NCBI RefSeq assembly: GCF_036321535.1
Contig: NC_087437.1
Coordinates: 83,268,001 to 83,332,000 of the forward strand
Reading direction: 5' to 3'
Source of the DNA: Camelus dromedarius
Taxonomy: Eukaryota
Length of the DNA: 64,000 nucleotides
Positions within the stretch are counted from its first letter, which is position 1, and each line of letters begins with the position of its first letter. Both the position numbers and the translations under genes were made by a program. The notes under the pieces were generated by a model. The model saw nothing but the letters and a program-made list of their open reading frames with translations. It did not search any database and was not told the DNA's origin. Below, one piece after another: positions 40,811 through 55,340 of this stretch.

Positions 40811-43240
40811 CAAATCACCCCAGATGTACCCAGTGTAACAATTAGAACCACACTTTGTGTCGTTAGAGTTTACTATGCAGGGAACTTGATAAATTGTTTC
40901 TGAGTCATTTTTAGGACATTAATTTCATCTATCTTATTATTCTTGATGTTGCTACATTCCAATGACTTGATAGTTAAAGATATCTCAAAGACTTGTCGAC
41001 CTCAACATTTCCAAATCCAAATTTAGTCTTTTCTAATCTGTCACTAAACATAGACCTCATCTTGTCTTCCCACTCTCAGTTAATGACATTACCATCTTCC
41101 CCATTTTAAAAGAAATAAACCTGAGAGTTATCCCTCAAAACCATGTCAAAACCATTATCAGACCGACAGCTTGTATCTCTTCAATGTCTGTTCAAACTGT
41201 CTACATCTCTCTAAATTCAAGAAAATTCATCTCCTACTTAGAATACTGACATAACCTTTTAATATTCTGTGTAATTTCCAACATTTTCTCCTATACCATT
41301 CCCTATATTTGGAGCAAAGTCATCTTTATAAAAAGTCAAACTGCTGAGATCACCACTGTTCTCACCCCCATTGCTACAACTCCACCTAAACCTACAAATA
41401 ATTTCCAGTGGCTCTGAGAAGAAGGAGTGAAATCCTTTAGCTCTTATATCCCTTCCTTCATCCTAAAACATATCCAATAATCCTCTATACCTCTATAAAT
41501 ATAAAGTTTTTGTTTAATGTAATTCATAGATTTTTCAGAATGATTCTGATATTTCTTTGATAATAAAATTGATCTAGGAGTTGATAAAATTCAGAATTTC
41601 ATTTGTGCCTTCTGTATGTGATGTTGCTGTGAAACAAAATTCAGAGTTTATCCCTTTATTTTCCTAATCTTATCATAAGAAAGAAAAGAGTTCTCCTTGA
41701 AAAGTGCTAGTATCTCTCGAGGCCCATTAGACTTCTGCCTGACATGCTGACCCTGTGAGAGGAGGAACACACATGCTTTGTGATTGAGGCTGACAGAGTT
41801 CTTGAACTCTGAAGAAGCTCTGAAAGGGCCAACTGTTGGGACTAGGTTTTCTTCATTAATGTAAGCAGGCCATAGAAGTTTTCAAGTCTGAAAATGACAT
41901 AGAATTATGAACTTGTCCTTTTCACTGCCTGGGACATAGTAGAACATACCACAAAATCTGATCTAGGTACAAGATAGTAAAACCTCACATTTCTGACAAA
42001 TCTCTTGAGCTGCAAAGATTTCCTCTGAGAATTACTTGTGGTATACAACTGTGAGTGAGATTTACTCAATGAAAGGGAAAATTATGCTATCTCTGGGTAG
42101 CCCTGTGGTTTGTGCAACTTTAATATGGAAGATCTCATGATTTCTTATCAAAGCAGTAACTTTTAAACCTTGCATTATGTTTTACTTTTGGGCAGAGGCT
42201 TTCTCACGCAGTCTCACTGGAAGCTTCATTCCCCTCACCCTCCCTCAGAGCAGCCTGGCCCTCTTTAATACTCTCTTACTCAACCAGTGCTCCATGCCTT
42301 CCCTCCAGTTTCTGACTTTTGCTGCAGTTGACTGATTTCATTTCTCACAACTCAAATCCAGAGACTGATGACTGCAACGAACTCCTGAATTCTAATAATT
42401 GATAGTATCACTTCTCACCAGGTAGCAGCTTGTTGAATGTAGAGATGTTAAAATGAGCATTGGAGTGATAAGAAACTCCTTCTGTTAATTCTGTGTGATG
42501 TAGCATAACACTCCTCACTTGTGAAAAATGAAGATGTTTGACTAGAGGATCCTAATTCCTTTACACATCTACTCTCCATTGGGCTCGGAACTCTAAGGAA
42601 TTTTTGCTTATTGGGATCTAGGAACATTTAGGGAGATCTTGAAAGAAGAAAAGTAGAGAGGGGAAGAGAATATTTCTTCCTTCTACTTGATTTGGCTGTA
42701 ACTCAGAACTCAGGCTTTTTTTTTTTTTTTTTTTTCAATATATCACTGCAAATAGGGAGGTGGAAATTTATGGGTCAGATTTCTTATGAAGAAACAGCCT
42801 TATTCACAAGTACTAAAGGAAAGAAATGTTCATCCCAAATATCCCACTAGTGTTCAGTATTCAGAGGTTCTAATGCTATTCTTCATACCTTGGGTCAGTG
42901 AGAAAGGAAGTGACACAGCAGCAAATTAAAGATGTGTATTTTTCTCCCTATAGCCCAGACTGCTAATTAATCAATATTTAACACAGGCATAGATTTAAAT
43001 ATCCTACAGTGTTTCCATTGAACTGCTATTATTTCAATGTGATAAAATGTTCCAGTGAAATCAGATCCACTCTTCTTTTTATAGGGCAGGGTTTTTTTTA
43101 ATGGTGCCAGTTATAGAAGCAAGGTTTCACTGATTTGGGGGGATGAGGTGTGGTGGTAGGAGACTGATATTTAATTTCTCAATAATTTGTCTTTTTCTCA
43201 GATTTTATAGAATGGCTAGTACCTCACAGTTCTTTATTTT

Positions 43241-43482
43241 GGGTTTTGTCTGTTCTTTTTTTTTTCTAGTTCCTTTAGGTGTAAGGTTAGGTTGTTGAGA
43301 TTTTTCTTGTTTCCTGAGGTAAACTTGTACTGCGGTAAACTTCCCTCATAGAAATGCTTTTACTACATCCCATAGATTTTGGATTATTGTGTTTTCATTT
43401 GATTTGTCCAGGTGTTTTTTTCATTTACTCTTTAATTTTGTCATTGGTCCATTGGTTGTTTAGTAGTCTATATATATATATA
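43241..43482 (+). repeat. About 240-bp near-identical direct copy of 45449-45703
   Basis: Same L1-derived sequence including the terminal (TA)n; 4 substitutions outside the simple runs. Confidence 0.95.
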
Positions 43483-44043
43483 ATGTTCACAGCAGGACTA
43501 TTTACAATAGCCAAGACATGGAAACAGCTTAAATGTCCATCAACAGATGACTGGATAAAGAGGTGGTATATTTATACAATGGAATACTATTCAGCCATAA
43601 AAATGACAACATAACACCATTTGCAGCAACATGGATGTCCCTGAAGAATGTCATTCTAAGTGAAGTAAGCCAAAAAGAGAAAGAAAAATACCATGTGAGA
43701 TCACTCAATGTGGAATCTAAAAAATTTAAAAAAATAAAATAAATGCAAAACAGAAACAGACTCATAGAATACAAACTTGTGGTTACCAAGGGGGTTGGAG
43801 GTGGGAGGGACAGACTGGAATTTCAAGATTTGTAGATACTGGCATATGTAGAATAGATAAACAAGATTATACTGTATAGCACAGGGAAATATATACAAGA
43901 TCTTGTGGTAGTTCACAGAGAAAAAAGAATGTGACAATGAATATATGTATGTTCATGTATAACTGAAAAATAGTGCTCTACGCTGGAATTAGACACAGCA
44001 TTGTAAAATGACTATAACTCAATTTAAAAATGTTAAAAAAAAA
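43482..44043 (+). mobile_element. Young 5'-truncated L1 3' end
   Basis: MFTAGLFTIAKTWKQLKCPSTDDWIK..WYIYTMEYYSAIK (ORF2 end), then 3'UTR and an A tail. Confidence 0.92.
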
Positions 44044-47000
44044 CAATATTAATTCTTCCAATCCAAGAATATGGTATATCTTTCCATCTGTTTGTGTTGT
44101 CTCCAATTTCTTTCATCAGTGTCTTATTGTTTTCTGAGTACAGGTATTTTCCCTCCTTAGTTTATTCCTAGGTGTTTATTTTTTTCAGTGTGATGGTAAA
44201 TGCAAATGTTTTCTTAATTTCTCTTTCTGATAGTTCATTGTTAGAGTATAAAAAATGAAACCCGATTTCTGTGTATTGACTTTGTGTCCTGCAATGTTAC
44301 CAAATTCATTGATAGGCCCTGATAGTTTTCTGGTGGTGTCTTTAGGATTTTCTAAGTATAGTATTATGTCATCTGCAGATAGCGGCATCTTCCTTTTCAA
44401 TTTGGATTCCTTTTATTTCTTTTCTCTGCTTTCTTTGGCTAGGACTTCAAAACTATGTTGAATAAAAGTGGTGAAAATGGACATCCTTGTCTTGTTCCTG
44501 ATCTTAGAGGGAACACTTCCAGCTTTTCTCTGTGAGTATGATGTTACCTGTGGGTTTATCATATATGGCCTTTATTACTTTGAAGTATGTTTCCTCTGTG
44601 CCCACTTTCTGGAGAGTTTTTTTCAATAAGAAATAGGTGTTGAATTTTATCAAAAGCTTTTCCTGCATCTATTAAGATGATCATATGGTTTCTAAGCTTC
44701 AATTTCTCATTTGGTGTATCACATTGATTGATTTTCAGATACTGAAAACCTTGCGTTCCTGGGATAAATACCACTAGATCATGGTGTTAGATACTTTTTA
44801 ATGTATTGTTGGATTGAGTTTGCTAGAATTTTGTTTAGGATTTTTGTTCATCAGTGATATTGGCCTGTAATTTTTTTTTTTTTTTGTAATATCTTTGTCT
44901 CGTTTTGGTATCAGCATGATTCTGGCTTTGTAGAATGAGTTCAGAAGCATTCTTCCTGTGAAATTTTTGGAATAGTTTGAGAAGGATTTGTGATAACTTT
45001 TGTCTAAATGCTGTTAGAATTCACCTATGAAGCCATTTGGTCCTGGACTTTTGTTTGTTGGGAGTTTTTAAATTACTCATTTGATTTCAGTCCTGGTAAT
45101 TGGTCTGTTCATATTTCCTGTTTCTTCCTGGTTTAGTATTGGGAGATTGTACCTTTCTAAAAATTTGTTCATTTCTTCTATGTTCTTCATTTTATTGGCT
45201 TATAGTTTTTCATAGTAGTCTCTTATAGTTCTTGGTATTTCTGTGGTGTCAGTTGTAACTTCTCCTTTTTCATTTGTGATTTTATTGATTTGGGCCCTCT
45301 TTTCCTCTTGATATGTCTGTCTAAAGGTTTATCGATTTTGTTTACTTTACAGATAACCAGCCCTTAGTTTCATTGATCTTTTCTATTTTTTTTTTTTACT
45401 CTCTAATTTATTTCTGCTCTGATCTTTATGATTTCTTCTGTTAACTTCGGGTTTTGTCTGTTTTTTTTTTTTTTTTCTAGTTCCTTTAGGTGTAAGGTTA
45501 GGTTGTTGAGATTTTTCTTGTTTCCTGAGGTAAACTTGTATTGCTGTAAACTTCCCTCATAGAAATGCTTTTACTACATCCCATAGATTTTGGATTATTG
45601 TGTTTTCATTTGATTTGTCCAGGTGTTTTTTTCATTTACTCTTTAATTTTGTCATTGGTTCATTGGTTGTTTAGTGGTCTATATATATATATATATATAT
45701 ATAATATATGTCAAATAATTCCATTTGGTCAAATGTGTCACTTAAGCCAGTGTTTCCTTATTGCTTTTCTGTCTGGATAATCTGTCTATTGATGTAAGTG
45801 GGCTGTTAAAGTCCCCTACTAGTATTGTGTTACTGTCAATTTCTCATTTTATGTCTGTTAATTTTTGCCTTATGTTTTGTGGTGCACCTATGTTGGGTCT
45901 GTATATATTATAATTGTTATATCTTTTTCTTGGATTGATCCCTTAATTATTACATAGTGTCCTTCTTTGTCTCTTGTAACAGTATTTTAAAGTCTATTTT
46001 GTCTGATATAAGTATTGCTACTGTGGCTTTCTTTTGATTTCATGTGCATGGAATCCCTTTCTCCATCCCCTCACTTTTCAGTCTACATGTATCTCTAGAT
46101 CTGAAATGAGTCTTTTATAGGCAGCACACATATGGTATTATTTTTGTATCCATTCTGCCACTCTATGTCTTTTGGTTGGTGCATTTAATACAGTTACAAC
46201 TAAGGTAGTTATTAATATGTTTGTCCTTATCACCATTTTGCTAATTGTTTTGGGTTTGTTTTTGTAAGCCTTTTTTTCCCTTTATTTTTATGTTCTTTTC
46301 TCTTATTTGATGACTATTTTTAATGTTATGATTGGATACCTCTTTCTTTTTTGTGTGTGTATCTATTATAGATTTTTGGTTTGCAGTTACGATGGGGTTT
46401 TTGTATAGCTGTCTATATATATATGATTGTTTTAAGCTGCTGATCTTGCCATTTCAAATGTATTTTTAAAAACCATTTGTACTCCCCTCCCAATTACTGT
46501 TTTTGATATCATATTTTACATTTAATTATTCTGTATATCCCTTATTGCTCATTGTGGATATAGATAATTTTGGTACTTTTATCTTAACCTCCCTACTAGC
46601 TTTGTGTGTGGATTATTTTCTACCTTTGCTCTATATTTGCCTTTACCAGTGAACTTTTTCACTTTGTTATTTTGTTTCTAGTTGTGGCCTTCACTTTTTC
46701 ACCTAGAGATGTTTCTTCAACATTTGTTGTAAAACTGGTTTGGTGGTGCTGAACTCTTTTAGCTTTTGCTTGTCTGTAAAGCTTTTGATCTCTCCATCAA
46801 ATCTGAATGGATAGAGTATTCTTGGTTGTAGGTTTTCCCTTTCATCACTTTAAATATATCATGCCACTCCCTTCTGGCCTGAAGAGCGTCTGCTAACAAA
46901 TCAGCTAATAGTCTTATGGGAGTTCCCTTGTATGTGTTTTGTTGCTTTCCCCTTGCTGTTTTTTAATGTTCTCTGTTTATCTTTAATTTTTGTCATTTTA

Positions 47001-48420
47001 ATTACAGTGTGTCTTCATATGTTCCTCTTTGGGTTAATCCTGTATGGGACTTTGTACTTACAGAACTTGGATGGTTGTTTTTTTTCCTGGGTTAGAGAAA
47101 GATTTGATTTCAGGTATGTTCTGAGCCTTGTGCTCTCTCTCTCCTCCTTCTGGGACCCCTATAATACAAATATTAACACACTTGATGTTGTCCCAGAGGT
47201 CTCTTAAACTGTCCTCATTTCTTTTCATTCTTTTTCTTTTTTTCTGTTCAGTGGCAGTGATTTCCACTAGTCTGTCTTCAGGTCACTGATCCATTCTTCT
47301 TTATCATTTAGTCTACTTTTGCTTCCTTCTAGTATATTTTTCATTTCAGTTATTGTATTCTTTATCTCTGTTTCTTTATCTCTGTTCTTTATATGTTCTA
47401 ACTCTTTGTTAAAAAATTCTAATTTATCACTCTGTACATCCATTCTTCTCCTGAGTTTACTCATCAGTTTTTTAATCATCATACTCTGAATTCTTCCTCA
47501 GGTAGTTTTCCAGTCTTCATTTCAATTAGTTCTTCTTTTGGAATTTTGTCTTTTCCTTTGTCTGGAACATGTTCCTCTACCACCTCATTTTGTCTAAGTT
47601 GCTACTTGTTTTTTTAATGAAAGTGGTTGGCTAGTTACATTTCTTAACCTTGGAGAGGTGGCCTTCTACAGGAGATGTCCAGTAGCAGAATCCCCTCTCA
47701 TCACATAAGCTGTATTATCTCGGGTTTCCCCCTAAGATGGCTGTGTGGATCCTTCTGTTGTGGCGGGCTGACTGTGTAGGTGGTCTGGTAGATTTAGGTG
47801 GCCCGTAGTCTGATTGGTTTCCAGGCCCTGCCTTATGCAGATGCTGCTGGTTGCTGGTTAGTGGGGCCTGGTCACAAGGCAGCTGACTGCAGAACCCCAG
47901 GGGGCCCAAAGGCTAGTGCTGGCTCACTGGTGGGCAGAGTTAGGATCTGGAAGACTCTGGGGCTGTTGCCAATCACCCCTCACTGGTGGGTGAAGCCAGG
48001 TCCTGGGGTTAGTGCTGGACTACTGACAGGCAGAGCTGGATCCTGGAGTCTGGCTTCAGGATCCAGGAATCCCAGAGCTGGAATCAGATCACTGGTCGGG
48101 TATGGGAGGGGGTGCTTTCTGACACAGTTCAGTATGTGATGCAGGGTGTCCCAAAACTTGCAATGGCATGCTGTTGGGCAGGGCCAAAGTCTAGCTGGTC
48201 CCAGGGTAGGGTCTGGCCTGCTGTGGGTGGGCTGGCTCCACAGGGTGCAAGGTTGTGATTTTCTTGCATCTGGTGTCTGCATGCTGGTGGGTGAGGTTGG
48301 TCTAGAGGCTAGTGCAGGCTTCCTGGAGGGCAGATCCAGTGCTGGACCTCTGGTGGGTGAAGCTGGTCTTGGTTTTCTGGTGGGCAGAACCGTGTCTAGA
48401 GGAGCTGTGGGCAGAGGAAG
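44044..48420 (-). mobile_element. 3'-truncated L1 (5'UTR, ORF1, ORF2 to the RT domain)
   Basis: Minus ORFs SADDIILYLENPKD (decayed RT FADD motif), [17 protein letters not shown] and RMKRNEDSLRDLWDNIK (ORF1p); GC-rich 5'UTR at 47700-48420. Confidence 0.92.
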
Positions 48421-50348
48421 TCTTTAGGAAGAATACTTAAAAACTATCATCAAAATGCAATGTGTATACTTTATTTAAATACTGGTTCAAACAGAGATAG
48501 GAAAATTTTTGATACTTATTGGAAATATTGAACACATATGGATATTAAATATTAACTATTATTAATTTTGCTGCATATGGTAATTATACTGTGGTTAGAT
48601 TAATACAAAATATTTGTTATCATTATATGCACTAAAAGGTTAATATAAATTTAATAATTGTTTGTAGCTCTAATAGTTCAGTCATAAAATAATTACAGAA
48701 ATTAGAAACATTATGGATTGTCATACATTCACACTAAAAAAAGTACATATTAAGACATGTAGGAATAATATTATTCAAAATGATAGCAAGAATTTAATAG
48801 ATTATATCAGAACATAAAGGGTATAGAGCCCTAATCAAAAGGAGAGAAAATATAATAGTAAAAATCAATCCTAACTTACAAAATAAAAATATCCTGAATT
48901 ATTAAGTTAGCCACCAAGACAGTAAAATTAATCAGAATATCCTGGATGTCAATAGTATTTTTAAAAAGAATATACTTCGGGTGTGTAATTTTTTAAAAAA
49001 AATTGTCAGTGGGGAACTGTAGGAATAAACAGTAGACCCATACAAATGAATAGAATTTCTTTCATTTATATTCATAATCAAATAATCAATAAATATATAA
49101 TATATACCATGTCTTTATCCTAGATAAGTATTTGATATATTTTTTTAGAATTATAGCTATAAAACTAAAAATAATTTTATAATACTTCAATAACAGAAAC
49201 ATTTCACTCCTGTTTCAACAATCTGAATTTAATTTTCATGTCCTGTAAATTCTTTTCTTCCTAAAATCAGTGCTTGAACAGATTTCTCAAGGAACATAAT
49301 CAAGTCTTTGCAAAAGAAAAAAAAGGAGCTCTGTGTCAGTTCCATTATACTAAAGTAAATTAGCAAATATATATTAATGTGGCCCTGTCACTGAATTGTA
49401 AGTAAATTGGTGGCTGAGACTGCAAGAACTTAGTCTCAGCTTTGAGTGATCACTACCTCAGTTTTGTACCCACCTCCATGTACTCTTAACCAGTTTCTCA
49501 TCCTTGACTTCTGCCTCTTGTAGTTTAGCAATGCAATCTCTCTGCAAGTGTTTGACCAGGATTACTATTACAAACAAAATACTCATGTAAATAGAGTACA
49601 GGGAATCTGTAATATTTAAGAAGATTATCTTGAGATATCAAATATCTTGAGATATTCCAAATCTCCAAATTCCTGAATATGACTGTGTCATATAATGTCC
49701 TATACGAAAGTAGTGTGTGGACTTTTAGATATAGAAAGTTTCAGGTTTTGATGTTTCATTATTCAATTCAAGTCAACCACTTTTTTTTTTCATTGTTATT
49801 GAGGCTGCAATTTTTTAAACCTCTTCACTTTTTTTATTATCCTCACTTTTATATCAGAAATATTTTTTTTATTTCAGAAACAAGTATCTAAGTTCTTATC
49901 GCTTTATCAAGGTGTGGCAACACAAAGCCTTGTTAACATGGAAGTCTAGCTTAGTGACTTAGGATCAGTCATGAACTAAATGACTTGCAGTAATACACCA
50001 GCCTCAGTTACTGTCAATTATTAAATGAAATTAATGAAATTTGGGGGAGGAATCCCCTGAAGATAGCAAATTTTCAAAGACTAACTGTTCAGATAAAAAG
50101 GAACAGCAGTATTTTTAATGTCAGTTGTAGATGGTGCGTGTCATTTCATCTGAAGTAGTAACTTCAGCTGGACCCACATCCAAGTAAACATTGTGTGAAG
50201 CTGAGTTCCTTCACCCAGTGCTCAGTGACCACCCTGACCTCTACCACTCTGGTGAAAGGGAAGAACTATGGCTAATCTGCAAGACTTGGGGATATGTTTA
50301 TGCAAAGAGTGAAAAGAGAAACAATTTGAAATTTCCCTTGGGAACTGT

Positions 50349-51272
50349 TTACTTCTTTGCAACTCTTCTCAAAGCACCTATAACCTCTTTATTTCTCAAG
50401 CTGTAAATAAATGGGTTTAGCAGGGGGATTATAATTGTGTAAAACAGGGAATATATTTTGTCCTGATCTTCAGCTAGGCTAGATGCAGGGCACACATACA
50501 TGAAAATGAGAGTGCCGTAGTACAATGAAACAGAGAGCATATGGGCACTGCACGTGGAGAAGGCTTTGCTTCTGCCCTTTTCAGACTTTTTTTTCAGAAT
50601 GTCAAAGAGCACACGAGTATAAGAGATTATGATGGTCATTAAAGTGGAAATTTGTATAAAAGCTCCAAAAATAAGTAGCATTAGTGCATTAATAGATGAG
50701 TCATTGCATGAAATTTTGAACAGCTGTAAAATTTCACAATAGAAATAATATATTACATTAGACCTGCAGAAAGTTAATCTTAATAACAAGCTCACATGAA
50801 TCAAAGGATGCAGAAAACCAATTGCATATGAAATACTAATCAGGTGAGTGCAGAGTCTGGTGGACATCACCACTGGATAAAGCAAGGGATTGCATATGGC
50901 TACATAGCGGTCATAGGCCATCACTACCAGGAGGAAACATTCTGTGGTTGCACTGGAAGCTAAAAAATAAAATTGAGTGATACACTCAGCTAGGGATATC
51001 TCTGCAGTCTTGTCTAAGAAACTGACCAGCATCCTGGGTGTTATAGAGCTTGAACTGCAAGCATCTGCAAAGGCTAAACCACCAAGGAACAAGTACATGG
51101 GTGTGTGAAGATGGGTATCCTTCCAAATAAGAGCCATCAGTCCAAGGTTGCCCACCAGGGTGGTGAGGTAGATGATTAAGAACAGGAGGAAGAGGAGAAC
51201 CTGCAGCCATGGTCTCTGTGTAAGTCCTGTGAGAACAAATTTAGTCACCAGAGTCTTGTTTCCTTCTGACAT
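50349..51272 (-). CDS. OR5AC2: Olfactory receptor OR5AC2-like, intact (307 aa from the first ATG)
   Basis: All OR motifs are intact. [70 protein letters not shown] match recalled human OR5AC2. The ORF-track start at 51278 is GTG; the ATG is at 51272. Acceptor ttttctcataacAG near 51288. Confidence 0.9.
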   Translation of the reverse strand: MSEGNKTLVTKFVLTGLTQRPWLQVLLFLLFLIIYLTTLVGNLGLMALIWKDTHLHTPMYLFLGGLAFADACSSSSITPRMLVSFLDKTAEISLAECITQFYFLASSATTECFLLVVMAYDRYVAICNPLLYPVVMSTRLCTHLISISYAIGFLHPLIHVSLLLRLTFCRSNVIYYFYCEILQLFKISCNDSSINALMLLIFGAFIQISTLMTIIISYTRVLFDILKKKSEKGRSKAFSTCSAHMLSVSLYYGTLIFMYVCPASSLAEDQDKIYSLFYTIIIPLLNPFIYSLRNKEVIGALRRVAKK

Positions 51273-51589
51273 ACTCACACTTGATCACTGTTATGAGAAA
51301 ATATGTGACAAAGACAATCACTAAAGATAACATAAAGTAGTGGCATTTTATTTGCAAATTAAACTATACCTTAGTGTTGTTTTCCATTTAATTCGCAGTT
51401 TTTAAAGTTTAACTTTTATCCAAAAGTAAGTCTGTTTACAAATTCTATGTTCAGGTGTCTGACTCTAAAATTGGAAAAAACTGAAATAAGTACAAATATG
51501 TGAGGGAATATTAAAACCATGTGGAAGACAATTGATGAGGAAGAGACACAAATGCAAAACCGTTGCATGTGGAAGAGAAATAGAGTAAT

Positions 51590-52450
51590 AATTTCATATA
51601 GGCATAACCATATAACTTTTATTGCAGAGATAATTCCATAAGCAAAGTGAAAGGACAAAAATGTGTTGGGAAAGTATATGTAACGTATTTTGCATTTATA
51701 AGGCTGGTAATTATAACACACACATACAACCTCTTACAAACTAGATGAAAACAATTTAAATGACCCAGTGAAACAAATGGGCAGAAAATATGAACAGACA
51801 TGTCAGTGTGAGCAATAAATATATGACATAATACTAATCCTCCTTAATAATTAGGAATATTTTTTAAATTGATGCATTATTTTTACTTATAAGTTATGCA
51901 AAATGAGGAGTAATACCTACTAATGTCAGGAAAGTGAGAGAGGAAGCATTTTCTAATATAACTGGAGAAAATGTAAATTATAACAGTCTTTTGAATTTGA
52001 TATTATCTGTCAAAATTAGAAATTTATATAAACTTTGATCTATTAGTCTTACTGCTGGATATATATTCTGTAAATAATATTCATCCTATACAAGAATAAA
52101 GTTCAAAGATTTTTAATGAAGCATTGTTCATGAGGGCAAAGCCTGGAAACAGAAAGAACATTCACAACTATAAAATGGTTGAATAAATTATGGTACAGTC
52201 TTACTGTGGATTATTATTCAGCCATGAAAGAAGTGAATTTGAACTGAATCAGTTAACTGTGGGAGGATTTTCTCAATGTATTATTAAAAGAGGGAATCAA
52301 AATATAAAGTTTACGTTTTAGGGTCTCATTTATATAATTAAAAATTTTGTTTATAAATATAAATAAATATGATGATATGAGTGTGGATAAAGATGTGGGC
52401 TAATATACCAAGTTGCTAACACTGATTTTCCAGTAGTAGATATGGAGGTA
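51590..52450 (+). mobile_element. Ancient L1 (L1ME-like) 3' region
   Basis: AAATGGGCAGAAAATATGAACAGACA...ATGGTTGAATAAATTATGGTACA. Confidence 0.7.
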
Positions 52451-54354
52451 AAGACAGCAGAAGCAGGAGAGAGGTACTTTATTGCCCCCCGACCAAAAAA
52501 AAATAAATAAAAATATGTATCATATAACTTTTTTATACAACATATATGACAACATATAATTGTTTTACATATGTATGTTTATTTGTGTTTATGCCTGTGT
52601 GTCTGTCTACATGGCATGTGTGTGCCTAGAAAGATATATAAAAGGATAATCACTGGTATATTAATAGAAATAGGAAAAATAAAATGTTACTGTTACTTTT
52701 AAGGAGGACTTTGACACTGTAAACTCTAATTAAAATTAGGAACAAATAATCTGTAAAGTTTTCTATGAAAATATCTATTAACAATCTTTAATTCTTAATG
52801 ATACTTTCCATTTAAATATTTGATAATAGATGATTGAGAGCAGGAATTATGATTTGAAATAGTCAAAAGGTATTTGAAATTGTTTAGGATGATGTCTAAG
52901 TATAGTAGTCATTTTTATAGTTTCCTTCATGTAGTTTCAGTACTTTTCTTATTAAGTTTATTCCTAAGGGATTTATAGGTTTTACTGCTATTATGAATAT
53001 AATATCTATTATTTTTATGCAGTAATAAGATTTCCTTCTATGACTTATGAACTATATCTAAAAGGAAGTCCAGAATAGAATTCCCAAATATTTTAGGGTT
53101 AATGTGTAACCTCCTACATGCCTTGAAAGGGAAAAGAAAATACATTTGCCACAATAATAACAGTTATAATAAATAATAACTTATTTTAAAAATCAATTTG
53201 ATAAATTTATAGCCATACCTCTAGACACATAATACGTAGAGACACTGAATGAAAGTTCATTTAAAAAGCTAGGTTTGTTTAACTAGTAGGGAGAACAATG
53301 AGTTATTATTCTCCATCTTCACTAATCTAAAAAAAAAAGATTTAGTTCTTTTAAGTTACTAAATACCTACTCACAGGGATCCCTATTGTAATATATACAT
53401 CTTAAAAGATTCACTGGAGTATATTTGCTAAAAATGGACTATATGTGAATGTTAAGGAAATATTTTCTTTCTAAAGTGGAGATTTTGTCCTAAATAAAGT
53501 AGCCTTACTTTCTTTGCAACCCAAATCACCAAATAATAGACATTTCTATTTTCACTTCATGAATTCAGCATAATTAAGCTAAGATGTAGCAAGCCTTGGG
53601 AATATTTTTTCCCTTAAGAGTTACATAAAAAAACATTTCCAGGTTAGAGTAAAGGAGACAGTGCTAGCTATCTATTATCTATTATATAAAGGACTGACTA
53701 CTGACTTTAGCCCTTACTCTTACAATTCCTTGAAATTTTAAAAGCTATGTATTATGGTCAGTCATCAAATTTAAAGGCTAGGATTCTCTCCATTCTGCAA
53801 AATTACAAAAAAGGTGAATACAAAGCTTCATGGCTGTTTCAATTTTAAACTCTCTATAAAATAAAATTTAAATCTGTTGAATCATTCTTATTGTGGTTAT
53901 TTTAATTTTTTCCATTTTCTTCATTCTTCTATTAAAGTTTATTATTTACAAAATTTTGTGGTAAATATGTCTCTTTTATAGTAAACCATCCTCTCCCATC
54001 TGTCCAGATTTTTATGGCTGACTGAGAAAAATCTCATTGCCTCACTGGAATTTTAATTTCTTACATAAATATCTTACATAGATATTTTGTTATCTGAAGA
54101 TAAATTGCAAAACTCTAAGTAATGGAAAATGTAGAAATCACTGCACTCTCACTGGGATCCCGCAAAACACTGGGAAATTGGCAAGTGATAGTTTCCTGAA
54201 GTCAGGTAGAAAATGTAGAAATGAGGCAGTGATTACTGGCACACTGATTATCATCAGCAACTCCAAAGTGAACGGAGATAATATTTATTACTTCTATTTC
54301 CAAACTTGTTCTTTAAAAAAAACAAAAGAAAGATATTCCATCTACACTTCCAAA

Positions 54355-54410
54355 GGATTCCCTGTAGGTAAAGTCAAATTCATTCTACTGGGCATTGTGA
54401 GTTAATTATT
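54355..54410 (-). promoter_or_regulatory. Candidate OR5AC2 promoter motif block
   Basis: GGATTCCCTGTAGG...CTACTGGGCATTGTGAGTTAATTA. Confidence 0.65.
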
Positions 54411-54989
54411 AGTGCACCCTCACAACCTGTTGTAACAATCAAAAACTATTTATAATCGAGAGAATTACTGTGGAACATCTATACAGGGAATCAATGAACA
54501 GGCCTTAGGAAATATGTGTTTTCCCTTTCTTTTTTCTTTTAATGATGCCATCATCCAAATACCTACTCTGCATGTTCCTTTGAAAGTATCAAAGGTAACT
54601 TAGAGTCACCATGTCCAAATTTGAGGTTAGGATCTTCTGTAACCTGACACCCAGACATAATTACCCTCCAATGTTCTCCATCTCAAGGAGTAACACCACT
54701 AAACAATTAGTCATGCAAATCATAAAATAGAGAAGTTCTTGACACTGAACTCCCCCTTTGATTCGACGCATTAGCCTTTGCCAAGTTGTAAATTTCATCT
54801 CCTAAAGTCTCTCATATTCATCCACTTCTCATGTTGTCTGTAGCTACATTCACCTCTTGCAAGAATAACCTCCTAACTAACCCATCTGCATCCACTAATA
54901 CACTCATCCAATTCATTCTCCACACTGTCCCAAGACCAATCTTATGAAATGTAAAACTTACATCACTACCCATGCTCCATTCCTACCAC

Positions 54990-55340
54990 TGTCATGGCCT
55001 GAATGAATTCTGTCCCCTAAAAAACATAAGTAAGCGCCGTAAGCACCATAAGGCCATTAGGTGGATCCTAATCCAATCTGACTGGTGTCTTTATAAGAAG
55101 AGGACATATGAAGACACAGTTACTAGCTATGCCCACACACAAAGGAAAGACCTCGTGAGGACAGTGAAATGTCAGTCATTGGCAAGCCAAGGAGAAAAGC
55201 CTCAGCAGAAATCACTGAATCATAGTCAACACCTTGATCTTGGACCTCCAGCTTCTAGAACTGTGAAAAGATAAATTTCTGTTGTTTTAACCATCTAGTC
55301 TGTGATACTAATTATGGCAGCCACAGTAAACTAATATATC
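54990..55340 (+). mobile_element. MLT1 (MaLR) LTR
   Basis: TGTCATGGCCTGAAT...CCTAATCCAATCTGACTGGTGTCTTTATAAGAAG...CCAGCTTCTAGAACTGTGAAAAGATAAATTTCTGTTG...AAACTAATA. Confidence 0.88.

Noticed and set aside
47700..48427. GC-rich overlapping ORFs as a gene or CpG-island promoter
   Set aside because: The region lies directly upstream of L1 ORF1 on the minus strand and is CpG-depleted; it is the L1 5'UTR.
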